NCBI GenBank assembly: GCA_004297985.1
Contig: SCRA01000017.1
Span: 28,941-92,940 of the forward strand
DNA from: a bacterium
GTDB lineage: Bacteria > Vulcanimicrobiota > Vulcanimicrobiia > Vulcanimicrobiales > SCRA01
DNA length: 64,000 bases
Direction of reading: 5' to 3'
Below, one piece after another: positions 8,553-15,920 of this stretch. The position numbers and the translations under genes are program-made. Each line of letters starts with the position of its first letter. Position 1 is the first letter of the stretch. A model generated the notes under the pieces. It was not told where the DNA came from. It ran no database searches and saw only the letters and a program-made list of their open reading frames with translations.

Positions 8553-9020
8553 ATGCCCAAGAACTATGATCAGAACTGCCCCATTGCCTGGACCGCCGGT
8601 TTGATCGGTGAGCGCTGGACGAGCCTGATCGTGCGCGATCTGCTGCTCGGCAAGACCACGTTCTCGGAGCTGGCGGCCTCCACGGGCGCCTCCACCAATA
8701 CGCTCTCGTCACGCTTGCGCGACCTGGAGCTCGAGGGCATCGTCGAGCGTCACCAGTATCAGGAGCACCCGGCGCGTTTCGAGTACGAGCTGACCGAGAA
8801 GGGTCGCAAGCTCCACCGCTTGATCGGCGCCATGTACGCCTACGGGATGAACTACGGCGGCGTCTCCCCCTCCTACGCCTTCGCACACGAAGAGTGCGGT
8901 TCGCCGGTGGAGCCGGAGTGGTACTGCGAAACCTGTCAGCGAGCCGTGGGCGAGCGCGAGGTGGTACGCGCCCAGCGGATGCTCAAGCCCGCCCGCCGCC
9001 GCTCCCGCCGCGCTTCTTAG
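8553..9020 (+). CDS. HxlR-family transcriptional regulator with Cys-rich C-terminal extension
   Basis: It shows an HxlR-type winged helix (CPIAWTAGLIGERWTSLIVRDLLLGKTTFSEL...ARFEYELTEKG). I chose ATG 8553; the 37 codons upstream in the ORF track fall in promoter-like DNA. Confidence 0.85.
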   Translation: MPKNYDQNCPIAWTAGLIGERWTSLIVRDLLLGKTTFSELAASTGASTNTLSSRLRDLELEGIVERHQYQEHPARFEYELTEKGRKLHRLIGAMYAYGMNYGGVSPSYAFAHEECGSPVEPEWYCETCQRAVGEREVVRAQRMLKPARRRSRRAS

Positions 9021-9939
9021 GGTTCAGCCGGCCGACCAAGTCTCGCCCCATCTCGACGGCCCGCGCGCGGGCTTCTTCGTAGAGGTGGCGCATCTGTCTG
9101 GCCGACATCGGACGCCCCTGCTGGTAGTAATAGGCGGCCCCCTGCCCCACGACGAGCGTCCCCGCGTAGGCGATCCCGCCCTTGATGAGGATGCCGGCCA
9201 CCGGGATGAAGCCGGAGAGCTCTCTGGCCAGCGCGCGCCAGCCGAAGCCGCCGCCGACCACGGGGACCAGCTCCCCGAGACGCGTCAAATCGGGATCGTG
9301 GCCGTAGAGCGCCGCGATCTGGAGCAGCAAAAAGGCCTGGATGCCCGTGATCGCCAGGGTGTCGCCCGCTGATGCCACCGTCCCAAGGACGACGCCCAGC
9401 ACCGGCACGTGGTCTACGAGCGCCGAGGCGACGGCTATGCGCAGGCTCGACATCGAGGCCTCCGCCGTCAGATGCGTAGCGATGACCTCCCGCAGCACGG
9501 GGAGCCTGCGCCCGACCGCCACTTCGACGCCTTTGAGTACCGTCAGCAGTTGGGGGAAGACGGTGGTCGAGAGATGCTCGGTGCCGAGTGCCGGCACCGT
9601 GTAGTGAGCTGTGCCGGCGGGGGATGGGGCCTCGTCGGCGGTGCGCGCTGGGGCGTTCGGGTCGACCGCGACGGCGAAGACGGGGAGCTCCAGGGCCTCC
9701 AGGCGCGAGAGCACACAAGGTGTGGCCTCCCCCGGAAGGCTGACGAAGATGACGCAGCGAGCCGCCGCTGTGTCCAGCACGCGGCCGGGGGCGGCGAGGT
9801 CGATGCTCTCTAGGCAAGCGTTGGCGTCGAGCGGGATGCGGTCACCGTGACCGGAGAGCAGGATTGCGCGCAACTCCGCCACCAGCGCACCGTCGCCGGC
9901 GAGCAAGAGGCGAAAAGGGCGCTTGGCCTGGGCCTCCAC
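8983..9939 (-). CDS. DUF697-like membrane-associated protein with degenerate GTPase-like N-domain (putative)
   Basis: The C-terminal half has Gly-rich hydrophobic segments (LGVVLGTVASAGD, VVGGGFGWRALARELSGFIPVAGILIKGG). I placed the start at GTG 9939 because the upstream codons of the 468-aa ORF overlap the M48 peptidase gene, which ends at 9990. Confidence 0.55.
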   Translation of the reverse strand: MEAQAKRPFRLLLAGDGALVAELRAILLSGHGDRIPLDANACLESIDLAAPGRVLDTAAARCVIFVSLPGEATPCVLSRLEALELPVFAVAVDPNAPARTADEAPSPAGTAHYTVPALGTEHLSTTVFPQLLTVLKGVEVAVGRRLPVLREVIATHLTAEASMSSLRIAVASALVDHVPVLGVVLGTVASAGDTLAITGIQAFLLLQIAALYGHDPDLTRLGELVPVVGGGFGWRALARELSGFIPVAGILIKGGIAYAGTLVVGQGAAYYYQQGRPMSARQMRHLYEEARARAVEMGRDLVGRLNPKKRGGSGGGRA

Positions 9940-9989
9940 GAGATTGAGGGTGAGGCCCTCGCTCCATGTACCGGCGGACGAGAGGGAGC

Positions 9990-12023
9990 TCAGCGTACGG
10001 GATTCTCCTTTGGACGATCGGGGCGCGGACCTTCCTTCGTCGGATCGTCCGTGTAGTCGAGGTAGATCAGGCCGAGGAAGATCTCCAGCGACTGCGCGTT
10101 CATCTGACGCGTGTTGGCAAGGTCGACGAGCGGCTCGTGGCCGGAATGTGCGAGTGCGAGGACGGCATCGGGCGTGCTCTGCGTATCGGCCGCGATGATC
10201 GTCGCCGCGGCTACCTGGCCCGGACTCACACCCAACTGCTCCATGAGTTGGTAGTCGGGGGGATCGAGGTGAAAGCGCGCCTTGAGGGCGTACGTCAGCG
10301 TGTCGTAGCGCGACGATGGGTAGGCCAGCCCCAGGAGCGTGATCTGCGACTCGAGCGAGCGCGCTTTGGCCATGTTGAAGAGCTGCCACGACTGCGAGGC
10401 GGCGATCGAGGCCTTGGAGACGGAGGCGTTGGCGGCTTTCATCAGAGGCACCAGCGTGTTGTAGTCCTCCAGCGAGATGTCGCCGCCGAAGTCAAGGCGC
10501 ACGTGGTCGAGTGCCTTGAGGAATGCGTCGATATCGCCGAGCGAGACGTCGAGCAGGGCAAGTGCGGCGCGCGAGGCGTCGGCCGTGCGCACCATATCGC
10601 CTTCGGATCGATCCAGCGAGGCGAGTATCTCGGGATAGTACGGGAGCATCGAGAGCGAGGGCGCGGGAATTGGCTTGAGGTCGAGCGGCGCGGCCATCTG
10701 CTTGAGGACACCCTGTTCGTCGAGCAGCAGCCCGCTCTGTTTGTTGGCCTCGAGCGAGCCGATCTGGTCGAGCGCGTTGGGAGCCTTGTCCAGCGCGTTG
10801 TCGGTATTGCGGATGATCGCGAAGAGGTTACGCCGTACCGCTTCGAGGCGCGTGCCCTTGCGCACGTCGACTTGGCTGAAGTCCGGCATCTCATAACCGA
10901 TGGTATTGATGCGGTCGACGATGCTCTTGACCTGCGTCTTGCCGTCCTGGCGCCGCTGCTGGAGCTCGGCGGAGACCTGCTCCAGCCGCGCGGAGGCATC
11001 GCCGACCCTCTGCTTGAGCGGAGCGGGATCCTCGTGCACCAAGCGCATCGCGTGCACGGAGTCGCGCAGGCGCTGGAGGCGAACCGCGGCGTCTGCGCGC
11101 GTCTGCGCGTCACCGTTCTTAGCCAACTGCTCGAGCGTCTGCTCGCCCTTCTCCTGTTGGCCGAGCGCGACTTCGAGCTGTCCCATGCGCATCTGAGCGA
11201 GCTGGTTGTTGGGATCGCGCTTGAGGATGTCGCGGAAGCTCATCGCCGCGATGCTGTAGCGCGCCGATTCTTGGTCGTGCAGCGCCCGCGCCATCCGCTC
11301 GTCGAGCGTGACCTTGGTGGGATCGAGCTGTGGGTAGCCGTCCAGGTGCGCGATGCGGTCTTTGCCGCCCGGATGGTCTTCGAAGTATTTCGAAACCAAG
11401 TCGTTGCTCTCGCCCAGTGACTCGAGATGAAGCATCGACGAGACGGCCGCCTGCGGATCGTAGTTCGCTCGCGTCATCAGTTGGAGTCCGTACTGGTCGG
11501 CCTGGAGCTCCTGGACGCGGCTGAACTTCGCTACCGTGAGTCCGCCTATCAAGTTGCCGAAGCGATAGGCGAACGGCGAGAAGATCGAGGCCACGCCCAG
11601 CAGCACTTGGAGGATCGTGTTGCGGGTCTGCTCGGTGACCGCGTGCCGCCGCTCGATGTGTCCGGTCTCGTGGGCAAGCACGAACGCAAGTTCGTCGTCG
11701 GACTGCGCGAAGTCGAGCATGCCGAGGTTGACGTGTACATAGCCGCCCAACGTGGCGTAGGCGTTGATGTCGTTGGTGTCGATGATGAAGATGCGATAGG
11801 TGAGGTCGCGGCGCGCGCGCTGCGTCCACAAGCGATCCGTGACGTTCTTCACCCAGGCGTTGAGTAACGGATCGCTGACGTATCCTTGCGTCTCCTCGAT
11901 CTCTTGCTCGTAGTCCTTGGCGATCTGGACTTCCCGCGCCGTCGACATCGCACTTGCGGGAGCGGGGATGCTCGCCCAGAGCATCGAGAGGGCCAGTACG
12001 ATCGGCGTGAGTTTGCGCAACAT
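9990..12023 (-). CDS. M48-family zinc metalloprotease with long helical/TPR-like C-terminus (BepA-like)
   Basis: It has an HExxH site (LAHETGHIERRH). A signal peptide (MLRKLTPIVLALSMLWASIPAPASA) follows ATG 12023, which is preceded by GAGGA. The upstream 93 codons of the ORF track have no support. Confidence 0.85.
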   Translation of the reverse strand: MLRKLTPIVLALSMLWASIPAPASAMSTAREVQIAKDYEQEIEETQGYVSDPLLNAWVKNVTDRLWTQRARRDLTYRIFIIDTNDINAYATLGGYVHVNLGMLDFAQSDDELAFVLAHETGHIERRHAVTEQTRNTILQVLLGVASIFSPFAYRFGNLIGGLTVAKFSRVQELQADQYGLQLMTRANYDPQAAVSSMLHLESLGESNDLVSKYFEDHPGGKDRIAHLDGYPQLDPTKVTLDERMARALHDQESARYSIAAMSFRDILKRDPNNQLAQMRMGQLEVALGQQEKGEQTLEQLAKNGDAQTRADAAVRLQRLRDSVHAMRLVHEDPAPLKQRVGDASARLEQVSAELQQRRQDGKTQVKSIVDRINTIGYEMPDFSQVDVRKGTRLEAVRRNLFAIIRNTDNALDKAPNALDQIGSLEANKQSGLLLDEQGVLKQMAAPLDLKPIPAPSLSMLPYYPEILASLDRSEGDMVRTADASRAALALLDVSLGDIDAFLKALDHVRLDFGGDISLEDYNTLVPLMKAANASVSKASIAASQSWQLFNMAKARSLESQITLLGLAYPSSRYDTLTYALKARFHLDPPDYQLMEQLGVSPGQVAAATIIAADTQSTPDAVLALAHSGHEPLVDLANTRQMNAQSLEIFLGLIYLDYTDDPTKEGPRPDRPKENPVR

Positions 12024-12057
12024 GGACGTTCCTCGCCCTAGGGAGAGCCGGGTCGAA

Positions 12058-12176
12058 TGTGGAGAGTTAGGTTCGGCGCCCGCGTGGGCCTGTTTGCATT
12101 GTCTTCGGTAAGCCTGAGAAAAGCTTGGGGATGGCTTGTGGATACCGCCGGAAAGTTGTGGACCGCTTGTGGACGG
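12058..12176 (+). promoter_or_regulatory. Four same-strand TGTGGA repeats (DnaA-box-like) upstream of minC
   Basis: The copies are TGTGGAGAG (12058), TGTGGATAC (12137, 8/9 to TGTGGATAA), TGTGGACCG (12157) and TGTGGACGG (12168). The last three are all preceded by T (TTGTGGA). Confidence 0.4.
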
Positions 12177-12195
12177 CGCAGGGCGCCGCGTGAGA

Positions 12196-12993
12196 ATGAG
12201 CGTATGGGGCGCCATGCCGATCGTTCGCGGGACGCGCAGCGGGCTGGAGTTCGACCTCTTCGAAGCCCCCCTGGCGGAGCTCTTGCCCGAGGTCCGAGCC
12301 AAGCTCGAAGCCTCGCCCGATTTCTACCGAGGAGCGGGTGGCGTGCTTTCTTTCGGCGATGCCGTGCCCCAAGAGGGTGCCTTCGACGAATTGCTGGCGG
12401 CTCTCGCCGAGCGCGATATCCACGTCGCCGGCGTGCGTGGCGGCCCGGCGGTCGCTGAGTTTGCCGAGCGGCGGGGCCTGGCCTATCTCGGGCCGCTGGC
12501 CAAAGGGGCGCCCAAAGTGCGCCGCCTTTCCGCCGCGGCGCGCTCGACACAAGCCGACTTCGCAGGTGCCCGCGCCGACCTCGCTCGCCGCCGGCTGCGC
12601 GCGGTCCGCGAGCCGGAGCGCGTCGCCGAAGCCCAGCTCTGCGCGGTTGAGGCTGGCGCTGAAACGGTGCTTCATCGCGGTACGCTGCGAGGCGGGCAGG
12701 CGATCCGCCAGCGCGGCTCCATCGTCGTGCTGGGCGACGTCAACCCCGGCGCCGAGCTGATTGCCACGGGCGACATCGTCGTGGTCGGCGCGCTGCGCGG
12801 CATCGCCCATGCCGGAGCGCAAGGCGATACCGGCGCGTGCGTTTTCGCCCTCGATCTCTCGCCCACACAGTTGCGTATCGGCCCGCGCATTGCCGTCGCC
12901 CCCGAGGGCGAGCGGCGGCACATTCCTGCCCCCGAGCTCGCGCGCGTGGAGGACGGGCGCATCGTAATCGTGCCCTACGTCCCACCACGGTGA
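12196..12993 (+). CDS. minC: Septum site-determining protein MinC
   Basis: The C-terminal MinC beta-helix pattern is present (IVVLGDVNPGAELIATGDIVVVGALRGIAHAGAQGD). It is the first gene of the min cluster. ATG 12214 (MPIVRGTRSGLEF...) is an equally plausible start. Confidence 0.85.
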   Translation: MSVWGAMPIVRGTRSGLEFDLFEAPLAELLPEVRAKLEASPDFYRGAGGVLSFGDAVPQEGAFDELLAALAERDIHVAGVRGGPAVAEFAERRGLAYLGPLAKGAPKVRRLSAAARSTQADFAGARADLARRRLRAVREPERVAEAQLCAVEAGAETVLHRGTLRGGQAIRQRGSIVVLGDVNPGAELIATGDIVVVGALRGIAHAGAQGDTGACVFALDLSPTQLRIGPRIAVAPEGERRHIPAPELARVEDGRIVIVPYVPPR

Positions 12994-13042
12994 AGAGAGC
13001 AGCAAGGAGAGAGAACGTGACGGTATCCGGGAGAATGGCGTC

Positions 13043-13840
13043 GTGAGCGGGGCGGGGCGGCGCATCGTCATCACCTCCGGCAAGGGCGGCGTCGGTAAGA
13101 CGACCACTACCGCCAACCTCGGTTGCGCGCTCGCGCGCAGCGGACGCAAGGTGGCGCTGGTGGATGCCGATATCGGCCTGCGCAACCTCGACCTCGTGCT
13201 CGGGCTCGAGAAGCGCATCGTCTTCGATCTGGTGGAAGTGGCCGAAGGACGTTGCGCGCTGCGCTCCGCCATGATCAAGGACAAGCGCTTCGACGATTGC
13301 CTTTGGCTGCTGCCGGCGGCGCAGACGCGCGACAAGCTGGCGGTGACCGAGGAACAGATGGAGGCCATCACGTGCGAGCTGGCGGGGATGGTGGACTATG
13401 TCCTGATCGACTGCCCCGCGGGCATCGAGCATGGCTTTCGCAACGCCGTTGCCGGCGCCGAGGAGGCGCTTGTCGTCACGACGCCGGAGGTGAGCGCCAT
13501 CCGCGATGCCGATCGCATCGTGGGGAAGCTCGGCGAGCGCGCGCTGCCCACGCGCCTGATCGTCAATCGCATTCGCCCGGAGCTGGTGAAGGCGGGCGAC
13601 ATGCTCTCGGTAGACGATGTCTGCGAAGTGTTGGGCCTGGAGCTGTTGGGCATCGTTCCTGACGACGAGGACGTCATCGATACGACCAACCGCGGTGAGC
13701 CCGCTGCACTAGCCGACGGAACGCGGCTTGCGTCGATCTATGCCAAGATCGCGCGTCGCTTGGAGGGCGAGATGGTGCCGTTCACGAGCCTCGAGCCGCA
13801 GAGCTTTCTGGTGAAGCTCTGGGGCGCGCTGGCAGGATAG
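13043..13840 (+). CDS. minD: Septum site-determining ATPase MinD (copy 1)
   Basis: It has the deviant Walker A (SGKGGVGKTT), DADIGLRNLD and a C-terminal amphipathic helix (SFLVKLWGAL). The GTG start lies behind GGGAGAA. Confidence 0.95.
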   Translation: MSGAGRRIVITSGKGGVGKTTTTANLGCALARSGRKVALVDADIGLRNLDLVLGLEKRIVFDLVEVAEGRCALRSAMIKDKRFDDCLWLLPAAQTRDKLAVTEEQMEAITCELAGMVDYVLIDCPAGIEHGFRNAVAGAEEALVVTTPEVSAIRDADRIVGKLGERALPTRLIVNRIRPELVKAGDMLSVDDVCEVLGLELLGIVPDDEDVIDTTNRGEPAALADGTRLASIYAKIARRLEGEMVPFTSLEPQSFLVKLWGALAG

Positions 13841-13852
13841 GAGAGAGCAACG

Positions 13853-14725
13853 ATGGCCGAGCAGCAAGCCGCCGCCGCGGTACAGGCCGAACACGACGAG
13901 GCGCGCGACGGCGCGGCGCCGGGTGCGCTACGCATGGGTACCGCGATCGTCATCACCTCCGGTAAGGGCGGCGTCGGTAAGACGACCTCGACGGCGAACA
14001 TCGGCGCGGCGCTCGCCGCACGCGGGCGTTCCGTTTGTCTCGTCGACGCCGACGTGGGATTGCGCAACCTCGACGTGGTGCTGGGGTTGGAGAATCGCGT
14101 GTCGCACCACTTCCTCGACGTCATCGAGAAGAAGTGCACGCTCGATGAGGCGCTGGTGCAGGATAAGCGCGTCCCGTCGATGGTTCTGCTCCCCGCCGCG
14201 CAGACGCGCGAGAAGGATGACGTGGTCACGGCCGACATGGCAGCGTTGATCGAGTCGTTGCGCAGGCGCTTCGAGTACGTGCTCATCGACTGCCCCGCCG
14301 GGATCGAGATGGGCTTCAAGAACGCCGTCGCCGGCGCCCAGCGCGCGATCGTGGTGACCACACCGGAGGTCAGCGCCGTGCGCGACGCCGATCGTGTCGT
14401 CGGCCTGCTGCCAAAGGGCGTTGAGGCGCAGTTGATCGTCAATCGCCTGCGCCCGCACCTCGTGCGCAAAGGGAGGATGCTCTCCGTCGCACAGGTCGAC
14501 GAAGTCTTGCGTCTGCCGCTTCTGGGCGTGATTCCCGACGAGCCCGACGTCGTGGTGGCCACCAACCGCGGCGAGCCCGTCTCGCTGAGTGACGCCTCCC
14601 GTTCCGGCGAGGCCTACCGCCGCGCTGTGGCGCGGCTCGAAGGGGAACAGGTGGAGATAGAAGACTACAGCGGTGAGGGCGGCTTCTTCGAACGGCTTGC
14701 CGCTTGGATTGGAGGGCGCCGATGA
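13853..14725 (+). CDS. minD: MinD paralogue (copy 2) with N-terminal extension
   Basis: The protein is full length, with SGKGGVGKTT, DADVGLRNLD, LIDCPAGIE and a C-terminal helix (GFFERLAAWIGG). It has its own GGAGAG RBS and roughly 55-60% identity to copy 1 by eye. Confidence 0.9.
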   Translation: MAEQQAAAAVQAEHDEARDGAAPGALRMGTAIVITSGKGGVGKTTSTANIGAALAARGRSVCLVDADVGLRNLDVVLGLENRVSHHFLDVIEKKCTLDEALVQDKRVPSMVLLPAAQTREKDDVVTADMAALIESLRRRFEYVLIDCPAGIEMGFKNAVAGAQRAIVVTTPEVSAVRDADRVVGLLPKGVEAQLIVNRLRPHLVRKGRMLSVAQVDEVLRLPLLGVIPDEPDVVVATNRGEPVSLSDASRSGEAYRRAVARLEGEQVEIEDYSGEGGFFERLAAWIGGRR

Positions 14726-15132
14726 GCTGGTTGGATGCGATCCAGCGTTTCTTTCGCCCCGCTCCATCGGGGGTTGTGGCCAAAGAACGCCTGCGTTTGG
14801 TGCTGCTCTCCGACCGCATCCACTTAGCGCCGGATATCGTCGATCAACTGCGCGGCGATCTCATCGCGACGATCTCACGCTACATGGAGATCGACGAGGT
14901 CGGCCTCGACGTGACGTTCGAGACGCGCGAGAACGACGTGGCGCTGTTGGCCAACATTCCCATCAAGGGGGTGCGGGCGCGCCCGCTGCCGCCGCCGGCG
15001 GCTATCGCAGTGGCCGCCGTGCACGACGAGTCCACGGGCGCCGTGGATCTCGGCGAGACCCAGGTGAAGGCCGTTGCCGTCCGCGTCCGCCGCAAGCGCG
15101 CGAAGGCCAAGGAGGCACCCGAGGCGGGTTAG
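14722..15132 (+). CDS. minE: Cell division topological specificity factor MinE (with basic C-terminal extension)
   Basis: The MinE N-terminal region is present (MSWLDAIQRFFRP...KERLRLVLLSDR...DVALLANIPI). The ATG overlaps the minD copy 2 stop (ATGA). Confidence 0.9.
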   Translation: MSWLDAIQRFFRPAPSGVVAKERLRLVLLSDRIHLAPDIVDQLRGDLIATISRYMEIDEVGLDVTFETRENDVALLANIPIKGVRARPLPPPAAIAVAAVHDESTGAVDLGETQVKAVAVRVRRKRAKAKEAPEAG

Positions 15133-15135
15133 CAG

Positions 15136-15642
15136 CTAGGCCTGCAGGTGCGCCTCGAGGAACCAGAGCTGTTTCTCGATGCCGCGCGAGATCTCGATAT
15201 AGAGATCGTTGGTGTCGGGGTCGCCGATCGTCTCACTGGTCTCGATGGCCAGGCGCAGGTTGTGCGCGTACGCGGCGAGACGATCGACGAGCGCCGCGAC
15301 GTGGCTTTTCCCGTCGCGGATGTCGTCGGGGTATTCCCCGATGCGCGAGTCACGGGCGGCGCGACGGATCGTGCCGCGTGCCGTGCCCCCGAGCGCCGTG
15401 ATGCGCTCGGCAACCACGTCGACCTGTTCGACCAGAAGAGCGGCGATCGAATCGAAGAGCTCGTGAAGCGCGATGAAGTTCATGCCCTTCACGTTCCAGT
15501 GCGCGTGCTTCACCTGGCTCTGCAGGTCGAGCGCGTCGGCCAGCGTCTCGTTGAGGAGTGTGACGAGCTGGACGCGGTCGCGCTCCGGGATGTCGATCTT
15601 GGTGATATGAAGAGCAGCCGTTTGCGTGGCATCGGTCGGCAC
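15136..15642 (-). CDS. dps: Dps (DNA protection during starvation) ferritin-like protein
   Basis: Dps motifs are present (QVKHAHWNVKGMNFIALHELFD, VDVVAERITALGG). I set the start at GTG 15642 behind GAAAGGA; the ORF-track TTG 15717 lies inside a promoter palindrome. Confidence 0.9.
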   Translation of the reverse strand: MPTDATQTAALHITKIDIPERDRVQLVTLLNETLADALDLQSQVKHAHWNVKGMNFIALHELFDSIAALLVEQVDVVAERITALGGTARGTIRRAARDSRIGEYPDDIRDGKSHVAALVDRLAAYAHNLRLAIETSETIGDPDTNDLYIEISRGIEKQLWFLEAHLQA

Positions 15643-15695
15643 GGTGTGATCCTTTCTCGGTCTGCAAGACTCCAAGGGTCGTTGTTTGCTCTTGG

Positions 15696-15717
15696 TTGTA
15701 CCCGCCCGTGGGTACAA
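15696..15717. promoter_or_regulatory. Perfect 8-bp inverted repeat TTGTACCC-N6-GGGTACAA in the dps / small-ORF divergent region
   Basis: I read the palindrome directly. It overlaps the TACAAT -10 box (15713-15718) of the small + strand ORF and lies 54 nt upstream of the dps start. Confidence 0.45.
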
Positions 15718-15726
15718 TGAGCCATC

Positions 15727-15867
15727 ATGGAAAAGCCACGTGAGGGCGTAGGACTGGGCGGCCGGCCGGATGCGCCAGAACCGGAACCGCTCGAGGATCC
15801 CTACGACGAGACGCTCGCCGAATCGTTTCCAGCCAGCGATCCGCCGCCCAGCACGCTGACGATCTAG
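15727..15867 (+). CDS. Small hypothetical protein (46 aa) with C-terminal FPASDPP motif
   Basis: The ORF runs from ATG 15727 to TAG 15865-15867 and is below the ORF-track cutoff. It encodes MEKPREGVGLGGRPDAPEPEPLEDPYDETLAESFPASDPPPSTLTI. A TACAAT box lies 8 nt upstream of the ATG. Confidence 0.4.
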   Translation: MEKPREGVGLGGRPDAPEPEPLEDPYDETLAESFPASDPPPSTLTI

Positions 15868-15920
15868 TGTCCCCGCGCGGGCAGGCTTTCCCGCGGCCGG
15901 GGCGATAACTTGCCCCCGCT

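Noticed and set aside
12024-12195. Chromosomal origin (oriC), suggested by the DnaA-box-like cluster.
   Set aside because: There are only four boxes, all in one orientation. There is no AT-rich unwinding element and no dnaA/dnaN/gidA-type neighbours. A regulatory or titration site is more plausible than an origin.
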